IMG/VR virus record: IMGVR_UViG_3300032931_001151
Span: 62,001-126,000 of that record
Reading direction: 5' to 3' (one strand)
Length of the DNA: 64,000 nucleotides
Below are positions 19,701 to 28,651 of the stretch, piece by piece. The position numbers and the translations under genes were made by a program. Positions within the stretch are counted from its first letter, which is position 1. The number at the start of each line of letters is the position of its first letter. The notes beneath the pieces are model-generated. The model searched no databases. It was given only the letters and a program-made list of their open reading frames with translations, and was not told the DNA's origin.

Positions 19701-22700
19701 TGAACAACCCGAAGTTCCTTCTAATGAAGTTCTTCTCCAATTAATTGCATGAATACTATTTAACTCTTCGTTTTCCACCCACGTTTGAGTTGGGCCACTC
19801 AAAGGTTTATTATTGTAATTTAATAAATCAATCTTTCTTGGTTTTAATGCTGTACCGAATATATTATAATCAAATCCTTCTTTAGATCCAACAATTTCAG
19901 GACCCGCAACTTCATCATAAGTAATCTTATAATTTACAACTATATTTCCGTGCTTATCCTGACATGTTATTCTATAAGTCTCTCTATCATAAGTAGTTGG
20001 ATATAGAGAATTTATAGTTGATGGTGAAAGTTTTCTATGTAATGGGTCGGTGTTAGATGTTTGATCAAAGCAGAAAGTTGGGGTGATTTGGTCAATAGAA
20101 ATTACTTCTGCCGTCCAAATATTACCATTGACATCCCAATACCAAGTGGACGCTCCCAACGTTGGCTTATTAGATGCTTTTCCTGCTAATAAGTCGCACC
20201 AAGGCCACAAAGAAGCTCTATCACGAATTGAACTACTATTAGAAGATGGAATTATACTAAATTGTGATTGATGTGTTGTACCTCTTGGTAAGAAATATGG
20301 ACCGCCACTAGTTGGCCCATTAAAACTATCGTAAGTCATAGGATAGTAATGTGAAGAATATTTTTCTGGCAATGTATTATCAACCGATGTATTTAACCAT
20401 TCTCCGAGAGAAGAGAAATTACAAGAGGCGGAAGTTGTATTTGTTCCACTATTATAATAATTAGCAACTCTTGACGCCGAAGATATGTCAGCTTGAACTT
20501 TTGACATAGTAATGATAGCGTTAAGTATTGAAGATCCGTCTATTGAGCCATCCCATGATGTACTAAATTCTGGATATTCTATTTCTCCAACCGATAGCGA
20601 GCCATATTGGAAAATATTAGATTCGCTTAAAGGTATAAAATTCCCCGACCCATCATTATTTGTAATATACGGGGAAGAATCGTTGAAATTTAAAGTATCA
20701 AGAATGACATCGGTATGTGGGAACTTCCATCTCTCAACAAATGTATTTCTCTTGCTTCCATAGAAGAATTGATCTAATCCTACACCATCTCTTGAAATAT
20801 AGAACGAATAAGTGAATTTAGATGGTTTTATATAATCTTCTGGTAAACCAAAACTTAAAATATCGTAGAAATCTCTTAAGTTATTTAATCTATTAATATC
20901 ATTCGTTTGGGGTAAAGAGAAATTCCAATATGATGTTATGTCTTTAATTCCATATGAGCAAGTATTTGAGCCGCAGCCAGATATAGCAAACTCATTGGAA
21001 TAATATCCAGTTTCTCTTTGTAGATATGTCGCATCTTTTGCATGGACCCAATAGAATCCAGTACCGGATCCTGGAATTGTTATGACGTGACAACCCGAAG
21101 TCCACCAAGTTAAGCAACTATTTTCACACGATTCGCTATATGTTAATACTTGGAATCCTGAAGGTTTAGCACAACCATATAAGGCGTCTATTCTATCATC
21201 GAACCATCCAGTATGATAGAATACTCTCACGTCACCGGATGCACCAGATACGTTTGAAGTAAAACAATCACATTCATTTATATATAATCCACAAGGATTT
21301 AAATAAACACAACCACTTGTGCTAACACACCCATATTGAATTCCATCAGCACTAATGCAAATAGAAGTAGGAATAGATATTTCCTTATTGGATAATATGT
21401 TTCCCATATATCCCGAAGACCCAGTAATATTAGTGGTAGTGCAAATTATATCCGTTGGAATTGGTTGGAAACGAATAGCCAATCCGGGATGAATTATTCC
21501 AGTTTGATTATATGAAACTTCAACACCTTTAGTTCCATTACTATTTTGAATTCCGACTGTTGCATCACTAGGATCGTCAACTCTTTGATATAACAATGTA
21601 ATAGTTCCATCTCTATGAAGTTGAATTTGTGCGGTTAATAATAATGATCCGGTATTATCTCGATATAAAGTAGCCTTATTATATTGTATTACTATAGTAT
21701 CAGAGTCAATTTGTTTATAATATACCGCCGATGAACCCAATTGAAAGTTAAGATCGTCCCATAGTAAAGCAATAATATTTAGAACAACTGACGGCGATGG
21801 CAAATGGGTAGCACTAGGACTAGTACTTGTAGAACTATCCGTAAAACTAATAAATCCATTAGAACAAATATAAGCCGAATTAAAAACATTTCCATAGAAT
21901 GGAAAGTTTATTCCCAATGGTATTGATGTTGTAGAATCGTCGGCACCGGTTGATATAATCTTCGATCCGGTTCCACTAATATCTATCCATTCATAAGTTG
22001 GACCGTTTAATTGGTCACTAGTCATTACGTTGTATGGACTTTCAAATAGATAGTCGCAATTACCATTACAACAAGAAGAAACCGGTATTGATGGTATAAA
22101 CCAAACTTGATTGAAATAATCAATTGGAGTAAAGCATTTACTATTATACCCAACTAGATCGGCAGTAGGATTAACCGTATATGTAGGATATGCTGAACTA
22201 ATAGAGTTAGTTGAAAAGAAATTTGAATTATAATCTATTTGAATTGGCATAGATAAGCCAGATTCCATAGGCGAACCGGTTATAAACGATACGCCGGATA
22301 GAGGTGCTACATTTGATTGTATAGTTTCGTAAACATAGTCGAAATAAGTAGCCCAATTTGACGAAGGAGCAATTGTTAATGCCGTGTTTATGTCCGTAAC
22401 AATGCCCGTAACATTTATTTGATCAATACTAGTACCATTATCAATATATCCAACATAATGTTGAGTTGACGTAGTAGCGGGGCAAAGGATAACTCTTCTA
22501 AAATTATTTTTAGTATCCCAAGCATATAGATACGAATAAGAATTTCCATTTGCTAATTCTACATTTGATGACGGACCATTAATTAAATCGCAAAGACTAA
22601 TATATCCAAGTTTATATAAAGTTTCACGATCTGAAGCAACATTAGCATCAAGACAACCTATTTGTTTTCCAGATGGAGATAGTCTATTCGCTTTTGGTCT

Positions 22701-25700
22701 AAAATCTCCCATTGTCCATCTATAATTTCTTGATGTATTAGTTACACTAGCAAATCCTTGAGATTGCTCTTGCGTCGAATCCTGAAGTGTCAAGCAATCT
22801 TGAGCATCATACCAACAGATAGCAGAATGCAATCCAATATTTGTTTTAAATGATTGGTCTATCCAACTCTCATATGTTTGCCAAGTTCCGCTAATATGCT
22901 TAACATTGCAAGAATCATAATAATATTGGGGATTATCGTGTATATTTGTTGGGTGGAATAATTCTTCACCAGCGGTTGGTCTACTCCATAGCCACATTCC
23001 ACCATCGGTTGGATGGCCCGAATACTTATATTGACCAACAACATTAATATAGTTTTCTTTATTTGCAAAATATCCACTAATAGGGAATGCTGCTATTCCG
23101 TCTATAGAGTCATTTGGATTTGCCACATAATCTGGCTTATACGATTCAACAAATTGATTTGAATTTGGAGTTATATAATTTTGAGTAAAATATCCGACTT
23201 GATCTGTAAAATCTAGAGCAGACTCTCTTTCAGCATAAGGCAAGGTGGCATTTGAATTATTTAATTGTTCGTATTGTATTGCAGAACTTGTCCAACTTTC
23301 GCCGCCCGTAAAATATGTTATATTTAATAAATCGGGATATACGGAATTACTATTAGCATATGCTATTTGTGTTATATGTCCACTAGTTGCATTTACATAA
23401 GTAGACCAATCAACACCACTTAAATCCGGAATATTTCCACTATTTAAGTATTGAGTTGTATATAATATACCGCTAGTATTAGAATCTCTTAAATCTCCAA
23501 CTTTATAATATGTATTCTTAAAATAATCTTGATATAAAGTACTAAAAGAGGCGTATCTTTTCTCTCTATCTAATCCCGTTGTGCCTTTTTTATGCCAAGT
23601 TCCGCCAAATGATCCTATCATCTTCTCCCATTGTTCACAACCGGGATATGATACGGAAATATCTCCTGTTTCAACCGAACTATGGAGTCCACCGTAAATT
23701 ATTTGATGATTTACGTCACCGACGCCAGTATGAAAAGCAACACATTCTGGCATATTGTCTCTTCTAATCCAAGCCACGCCATTGTATTCATAAACTAAAT
23801 TTACTATAGAATTATTAAATTCGCTATATCTACTATCATCAAAGTACGAATAAAGTATATTATTTGTGGCATTTATAGAATTGGCCGGATTTAATGACAC
23901 CCCGGTCTTTCCGCCTGTAGCAACTCCAGAATTTTCATCTCCAAGATATAAAGTTCCCATAGTTTTTACGGGATAATTTCTTGTTGAATCCAAGAACCAA
24001 CCAACATTTGAATTAACCGAACTTTCAAGACTAATACCATTATTAGTTGGATTAGTAGATGATACTCCGTAAAAATTGACATTTGTTTGCTGCATATATT
24101 CAAATATATTAGTCAATTCAGAGTCTAGTATTCTATCTAATCCAAATGGATTAATGTCGCTTCCAGGAGTCCCTAATCCTGTAGTAGATGAATTTCCGCC
24201 GGCACCAATCCATCCATTAAATACCATTCCAATATTTGAGATAGCAACCGTAGTTATGGGTTTATCAGAAGAATTACTTGTGATGCCATTCATAGCATCT
24301 TTTATTTTTAATTGAGTTATAGCATCTATATGTAATAGTGTATTAGGGAATAAAGATGGATTTGAGTCTGCGGTGAATAGAACCGAAGGTAAAATTGGTG
24401 GAGTGTTACAAGTACCAGCAATATCACTTGTACCATTGAAGCTACCAGATGATGTTACAGTTGTAGTTTTTAAATATCCGGCAGGAGATACACGAGAATA
24501 GTTAGCATTATTTAAATGTGACCATATTCCATTTGACGTGATCCAAACTTGAGAAGTGGGGTAAAGAGTTTTAACTACTCCGTTATTCAAGAATTCGGCG
24601 TCATATACGCCAAATCCAATTATTTTTTCTTGATTAATTGTGCCGCCGCCGGCCAATCCCATCGCTTTAGGAGTTGGAATTGTAGTATTATTTTTCACAT
24701 ACCAATTATTTCCGTTCCACTCTTCTTCATAATATAAAGTAAACGCATTAGTTGTATTATAGTTATATCCACCGGGAGTTGCAATTTCATAGTATACGGT
24801 GCTATCTCCAATCAAATTCCAAGATTTTACGTTTAGAAAATTGTTTGGTATGTTAGTGGACGAGTTTCCGTTTAACGTGGAATTAAAAAATCCTCCACAA
24901 ACATACGCTTGCGAAGAGTCGCCGCCCGCATAATGGAACGCTCTTGGAACATTTAAATGTCCTATATTATATTCCTCTTCGCCCCATTCAGATATTAAAT
25001 CGCTAAATATATTTTTATAATCGGGAATATTTTGTATTCCAGTTGTCCATTGGATAGGATCTATAGTATTTACGAAATCTGATCCAGTAACATTAACTAT
25101 CAACGGATTAAGACGAATTTGTGGCATTATTTCGTGTACAATTCCTTGAACACTCTCATTAGCAACGCAATTGTCAACTTTTACAATTGTATTTGCACAC
25201 TTGTCTTGAATTATTTTCTCGCAGGGACTACAAGTTGCGGAAGCTGCATTACTTTCACTTGATGTGCCATATTGCATATTACCAGTATATGTTAAATCAA
25301 TTTGATTACCAACACATGATGCATTTCCATTTATAGCATTTTGATAATCAAATATTTGACCGGTGGTAGTATCCTTTACACGAACGCCGAAATCAACTAA
25401 CTTATTTTGAGAATTTAATTCGACTATACTACTTGAGTAATTCAAAATTAATTTTAATAGAATTCTCTTAGCATCTACTATTTTTCTTGTTCTAATAGAG
25501 AGAGAACTAGTCTCATCCACTACACCGAGGTCATTAGTAGATAATTGGTCTATATTAATCCATCCACCATTAATATAATCGGGAGAAACCAAAAATCCAT
25601 TATATGCGGGATATTGTTCGGGACATTGTGAATGTAATAAATCTATTTTATTTTTACGAACAATCTCATCATTTAGCATTTTGTCAAATGATACATATCC

Positions 25701-26360
25701 TAAAGCCGTTGCAACAGAAGAACAAATACTAGCATTAGCATTTGGATGCTCACCAAAATTTACTAATTTAAATTGAAAATCATATACTTTACCAAAATTC
25801 TTAATTTTATCCGAAGATTTTATAAACGCATTTTCCGAAGTTAATTGTATTAATGGTACGATACCCGAGGTTGAAACTGAACATCCCGAGTTATTAACCC
25901 CACCAACTTGAGAGTCTTTAAAAAATAGTTGATTTCCTACTTGATCGTAGATTATATTTGAATCTTGAGTAGATAAATCGGATATGGATATACTACTTAT
26001 AATATTTTTTTCGTCAAATTTTTCGGCTGAATTAGACCATTCATCCGAAAAAGTAATGGCTTCGGTAGAATCGGCATTGGTTTCTTTTCCTATCGTAGCA
26101 ACTAAAGTTTTAGCATTTATATTAGAAACCTCTATAGAAGATGCTAATGTATAATCAGAAGGAGTAATCGTAGGTTGTGTGTATACTATATCTTTATTAA
26201 TGTAATTTTTACTATTTACTAACGGAGAATTGCTATTTTGTATATCACTATTAGAAGAAGCAATAGAAACAGATTCAAGTGTTCCATTACTTGTTGAAGA
26301 ATTTGGATTTACACTTTTTAAGAACGCATTTGAAAATGGTGATGCTACTACGTTTGTCAT
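16773..26360 (-). CDS. giant (3195 aa) fibre/adhesin with Kelch-like blades and a NIDO-like domain
   Basis: Uninterrupted ORF; Kelch-like R....GG.....CGG / EEWNG..W / YEYNG..W repeats; WIDISGTG..DD...IPLG..FPFYG..SNGFISF..IALLWDDL domain. Confidence 0.8.
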   Translation of the reverse strand: MTNVVASPFSNAFLKSVNPNSSTSNGTLESVSIASSNSDIQNSNSPLVNSKNYINKDIVYTQPTITPSDYTLASSIEVSNINAKTLVATIGKETNADSTEAITFSDEWSNSAEKFDEKNIISSISISDLSTQDSNIIYDQVGNQLFFKDSQVGGVNNSGCSVSTSGIVPLIQLTSENAFIKSSDKIKNFGKVYDFQFKLVNFGEHPNANASICSSVATALGYVSFDKMLNDEIVRKNKIDLLHSQCPEQYPAYNGFLVSPDYINGGWINIDQLSTNDLGVVDETSSLSIRTRKIVDAKRILLKLILNYSSSIVELNSQNKLVDFGVRVKDTTTGQIFDYQNAINGNASCVGNQIDLTYTGNMQYGTSSESNAASATCSPCEKIIQDKCANTIVKVDNCVANESVQGIVHEIMPQIRLNPLIVNVTGSDFVNTIDPIQWTTGIQNIPDYKNIFSDLISEWGEEEYNIGHLNVPRAFHYAGGDSSQAYVCGGFFNSTLNGNSSTNIPNNFLNVKSWNLIGDSTVYYEIATPGGYNYNTTNAFTLYYEEEWNGNNWYVKNNTTIPTPKAMGLAGGGTINQEKIIGFGVYDAEFLNNGVVKTLYPTSQVWITSNGIWSHLNNANYSRVSPAGYLKTTTVTSSGSFNGTSDIAGTCNTPPILPSVLFTADSNPSLFPNTLLHIDAITQLKIKDAMNGITSNSSDKPITTVAISNIGMVFNGWIGAGGNSSTTGLGTPGSDINPFGLDRILDSELTNIFEYMQQTNVNFYGVSSTNPTNNGISLESSVNSNVGWFLDSTRNYPVKTMGTLYLGDENSGVATGGKTGVSLNPANSINATNNILYSYFDDSRYSEFNNSIVNLVYEYNGVAWIRRDNMPECVAFHTGVGDVNHQIIYGGLHSSVETGDISVSYPGCEQWEKMIGSFGGTWHKKGTTGLDREKRYASFSTLYQDYFKNTYYKVGDLRDSNTSGILYTTQYLNSGNIPDLSGVDWSTYVNATSGHITQIAYANSNSVYPDLLNITYFTGGESWTSSAIQYEQLNNSNATLPYAERESALDFTDQVGYFTQNYITPNSNQFVESYKPDYVANPNDSIDGIAAFPISGYFANKENYINVVGQYKYSGHPTDGGMWLWSRPTAGEELFHPTNIHDNPQYYYDSCNVKHISGTWQTYESWIDQSFKTNIGLHSAICWYDAQDCLTLQDSTQEQSQGFASVTNTSRNYRWTMGDFRPKANRLSPSGKQIGCLDANVASDRETLYKLGYISLCDLINGPSSNVELANGNSYSYLYAWDTKNNFRRVILCPATTSTQHYVGYIDNGTSIDQINVTGIVTDINTALTIAPSSNWATYFDYVYETIQSNVAPLSGVSFITGSPMESGLSMPIQIDYNSNFFSTNSISSAYPTYTVNPTADLVGYNSKCFTPIDYFNQVWFIPSIPVSSCCNGNCDYLFESPYNVMTSDQLNGPTYEWIDISGTGSKIISTGADDSTTSIPLGINFPFYGNVFNSAYICSNGFISFTDSSTSTSPSATHLPSPSVVLNIIALLWDDLNFQLGSSAVYYKQIDSDTIVIQYNKATLYRDNTGSLLLTAQIQLHRDGTITLLYQRVDDPSDATVGIQNSNGTKGVEVSYNQTGIIHPGLAIRFQPIPTDIICTTTNITGSSGYMGNILSNKEISIPTSICISADGIQYGCVSTSGCVYLNPCGLYINECDCFTSNVSGASGDVRVFYHTGWFDDRIDALYGCAKPSGFQVLTYSESCENSCLTWWTSGCHVITIPGSGTGFYWVHAKDATYLQRETGYYSNEFAISGCGSNTCSYGIKDITSYWNFSLPQTNDINRLNNLRDFYDILSFGLPEDYIKPSKFTYSFYISRDGVGLDQFFYGSKRNTFVERWKFPHTDVILDTLNFNDSSPYITNNDGSGNFIPLSESNIFQYGSLSVGEIEYPEFSTSWDGSIDGSSILNAIITMSKVQADISSASRVANYYNSGTNTTSASCNFSSLGEWLNTSVDNTLPEKYSSHYYPMTYDSFNGPTSGGPYFLPRGTTHQSQFSIIPSSNSSSIRDRASLWPWCDLLAGKASNKPTLGASTWYWDVNGNIWTAEVISIDQITPTFCFDQTSNTDPLHRKLSPSTINSLYPTTYDRETYRITCQDKHGNIVVNYKITYDEVAGPEIVGSKEGFDYNIFGTALKPRKIDLLNYNNKPLSGPTQTWVENEELNSIHAINWRRTSLEGTSGCSIDLYPYNRGTICEMLSGGYYKNNIQDGKGYFCTIESDEDTWIYSAPIGNTGLSFNNDNFFIQSSPFAISSILQGSISGMSTTNSSLIGSGYCIIDGFPPLTPICHSVSSAPSACCYYPGVNGQCLSFDIASASYQYSSNVCQLLVSTSKIINGNIPCISSGLVNASSIPLSSIGFFSFGQPSPSGYVAPYTILGWTECNQNYNSMGSEIVRSYRYSNGEVDGGIVSSAYVTGPQSFGIGGLGLGKSTAMCGSLLYGGQRNPCQYSQFSNSALDTTPDDAIVNKAWPWNILGFDGLLGPNGYTDAIDSQGNYWIAIGDINNTNPYIDSQFVSFTQNKFKNLYTIIKVSADKKSEFFNTTLARTNWKEVDGANLNGIVCLSQYYNLLTEDIRGTRFREGIQEALNMVEGQRYYDLYIKIIQENVPNVNINSSAKDKINYSSPTYIDSSLNTQISGAYTLPLEPLSISPNVNVIQGLDLVSQFDINCISCSICDSTFVTDCPSASPWMQHNHEEWVAPYMESPFAGPYSEQGFNIWLTTGKEPRWGVTLWTSLEEGKVWANYRRQRLHVNEYRDHVVLASMTASVAIDDFASISTSSYDLSGSTSHVPVYVNYDEFIYCLDDYRNAKAIQSILDSENENSSNGIDCSDHMIASVNNVFLNSVSGGPIIQQINGYSCNVSTNPCSAFNIQLLQNTNQGYVEWATSFIQEYRSLQDSICYPEQKHFFKYNLDSNMDSNTYIGLHCINSNDIVPTQWRRYQDGVGLGGDAPALNLFDGNTEFTCQRINQWFIGQSAIGNTESSVIVGGYAIAGDGELHKSKSWWESSTFGVTFKWNTKVIQPEDTSNNNYKYRTLSPFFSSGENAGATSSLGVTIFDVGSNTTVERQGSAKFENNITTYAVKFTNAIPDYLPNKDKYSISLVCSDNVKVWWSNKSSSGFTINAEAKFSGYVDWSIYLEDAIPSDKIDNLDEQQTYDEFYEL

Positions 26361-26368
26361 TATTTACC

Positions 26369-26839
26369 TTATTCGGCAAAGTTGAATATATTTGGATATA
26401 CCGTCGCCACTTGTCTATCGGTTATAAATGGTGGTTGCGATGCGCCTGGAGGGCCTAAACAAAAACAACCCGCCGCTTCTTGAGAGTTTATACGAAAAGT
26501 TGAAACTATGTTTTTAACGGCTATAACATTTGAATTTATTACTTCTTGAGATGCGTATAAATCGTCGGTATCTTTAACATTATCGTCAACTATAAAATAC
26601 GACGGAGTTATTATATATGTTGTATTTGTATTGGATATTTTAACAAATCCGGTGCCATTTGGGGCATTTATATTTGCAAAATAAAATCCGTTGCCTATTT
26701 CTGTAACAACACCTGTTGTAATGACTTCGGTATTAACTCTTCCGGTTATTAACCAACCAGTAGATGCTCCGCTTATTGCTGCACCACTTATATCCGTAAC
26801 ATAAACTGTATAATTTTTTGGACCCGCTTTAGATGACAT
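26369..26839 (-). CDS. putative virion protein (Ig-like, VTEIGNGFY)
   Basis: Operon context, beta-rich sequence. Confidence 0.6.
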   Translation of the reverse strand: MSSKAGPKNYTVYVTDISGAAISGASTGWLITGRVNTEVITTGVVTEIGNGFYFANINAPNGTGFVKISNTNTTYIITPSYFIVDDNVKDTDDLYASQEVINSNVIAVKNIVSTFRINSQEAAGCFCLGPPGASQPPFITDRQVATVYPNIFNFAE

Positions 26840-26863
26840 ATCCTATTCCTTTAGTATTATTTA

Positions 26864-27799
26864 TTACGGTTGACCCGATGTTCCCGAAGTACCTGAAGTA
26901 CCCGGAGTGTTACACATACACTGTTGTAGTATCTTGGCTAATAATTCAACTGTAACTATATCACTTCCTTTAGCCATTTCATAACTTTCTGCAACTTTAT
27001 GTCCCATAACACTAGTTGAGGTTATCTTTGATATACCTCTTTCAAAATCATATAGTTCATTAATATCAATATTATTTTGAATATATCCTTGATATGGGAA
27101 TGTCATACCACCCAAAAACATCTTATTAATGAGTAAGAAATTCGTATTCACCGTTCTTGTTATTTTTATCTTTATAGACTGTGTATTTCTTGCCGTAACA
27201 AATGGTAAATGATATGTCAATATTTTAGGAACATTTTGTGGATTTGTATAATAATCAAAATTTTCCCACGGTCCTACTACTCCGAAATCAATAACATCTT
27301 GTTTTCCACCTAGAATCTGTATACCAATAGTTTCAGATATAGCATTAGATTCGCTATAAGTTGTCTCGGAGCAACCTGTTGCTTTTATAGAGAATATTAA
27401 CTCTTGATCTCTTAGTATTTCCGGTATATAAATCTCTCGCTCAATCCATTTTTCACGAGAATCCACCAAATTACTTTGGCCTTCATACACCAACATCTTA
27501 TTTACCGAGTCGTAACTTATTTCAGAGTCATTAGTTACAGCATTATCGGTTAAAGATGTCCAAACGTTACATTTTCTCAATGAATCAAATTGTCCACCGT
27601 TAAAGAGTATTCTTTTTCCACTTTCATTAAAATCAAATAGATTTCCATATAGTGCAGGTATTAATAACTTATTACCATTCAAAAAATTAAGAACATATTT
27701 AAAATTATTCTCTAACTCGGATAGTGGTAAATTTATGTTGTCATTATTGACTAAATCTGTTGGATTCACATAGTTTATGTTAGTTGTAAGATCAACCAT
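26864..27799 (-). CDS. putative fibre/baseplate protein with C-terminal (GTS)n tag
   Basis: N-terminal NLPLSELENNFKY fibre-attachment-like motif; ends PGTSGTSGTSGQP. Confidence 0.7.
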   Translation of the reverse strand: MVDLTTNINYVNPTDLVNNDNINLPLSELENNFKYVLNFLNGNKLLIPALYGNLFDFNESGKRILFNGGQFDSLRKCNVWTSLTDNAVTNDSEISYDSVNKMLVYEGQSNLVDSREKWIEREIYIPEILRDQELIFSIKATGCSETTYSESNAISETIGIQILGGKQDVIDFGVVGPWENFDYYTNPQNVPKILTYHLPFVTARNTQSIKIKITRTVNTNFLLINKMFLGGMTFPYQGYIQNNIDINELYDFERGISKITSTSVMGHKVAESYEMAKGSDIVTVELLAKILQQCMCNTPGTSGTSGTSGQP

Positions 27800-27814
27800 T
27801 TAATTCTTTCCCTT

Positions 27815-28648
27815 TTATATGAGATTCCACCAATCGACTCCGGTTTTTACTATAAAGTAATCAATATAGCAAGAGGCAGGATAACTAGTACCTATTTTAA
27901 CACAATTTGTACCTTTTTCTATATAATATGTATTTATATTTTCATTTGAAGAAATTACGACAGAATAATTATATTCTATATTTCCATTGCCATCTTTGAT
28001 AATATTTCCCTTGGAATCGGTTAATGGTTGGAATGCTGGAAGTGTTTGAATTCCATCATAGGTGCTATTGGGTTGAACGATATACTCATTTAAATACCAA
28101 CTACTACTTCCAAGTCCATTATAATGACTAGTATTTGATATATCTAACGTTTCTATTAATTTTCCGTTAGTATCATACATATTGGAAGCATTATTTGTTA
28201 TACTTCTTGTTCCTGCGAATATATTCCCAGATTTATTGAATCCGGTACTTGTTAATAATGTCTTATGGATAGCAAACCAAGTAATTTCGCTACCAAGAGA
28301 ATAACTACTATTAACTACTACTCTATTAGCATACTTTGTTGACCAAAATAATGTAGAATTGTCATTACTTCTAAAAAAGACATAATAATTTGTATCGGGG
28401 AATGATGTATCAAATCTAATTGTTGTGCTCTTTTTAGTTGATGCGATTTTTAGTACACCCGATTTGGTATATTTACTATCCACCGTTGTAGTTAATATCC
28501 AGTTAAATATATTTTCTGACCCATTCCAAGCACTATTAACGGTAAATGTACCATTGACATTTCTTTCGTACCAAGTATTAGCATTAAATCCGGCTTGGGT
28601 TAATACCCCACCCATTATTTTACTATTATCTATAATTTTAGAAGCCAT
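27815..28648 (-). CDS. structural protein built from about three copies of the shared beta-sandwich module
   Basis: TIRFDTSFPDTNYYVFF...WSTK...ITWFAI plus two diverged copies. Confidence 0.7.
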   Translation of the reverse strand: MASKIIDNSKIMGGVLTQAGFNANTWYERNVNGTFTVNSAWNGSENIFNWILTTTVDSKYTKSGVLKIASTKKSTTIRFDTSFPDTNYYVFFRSNDNSTLFWSTKYANRVVVNSSYSLGSEITWFAIHKTLLTSTGFNKSGNIFAGTRSITNNASNMYDTNGKLIETLDISNTSHYNGLGSSSWYLNEYIVQPNSTYDGIQTLPAFQPLTDSKGNIIKDGNGNIEYNYSVVISSNENINTYYIEKGTNCVKIGTSYPASCYIDYFIVKTGVDWWNLI

Positions 28649-28651
28649 TTT

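Noticed and set aside
16773-26360. Ser-Gly dipeptide enrichment as a glycosylation sequon
   Set aside because: About 39 SG by hand count, close to the rough expectation given how Ser- and Gly-rich the protein is; needs a shuffle test.
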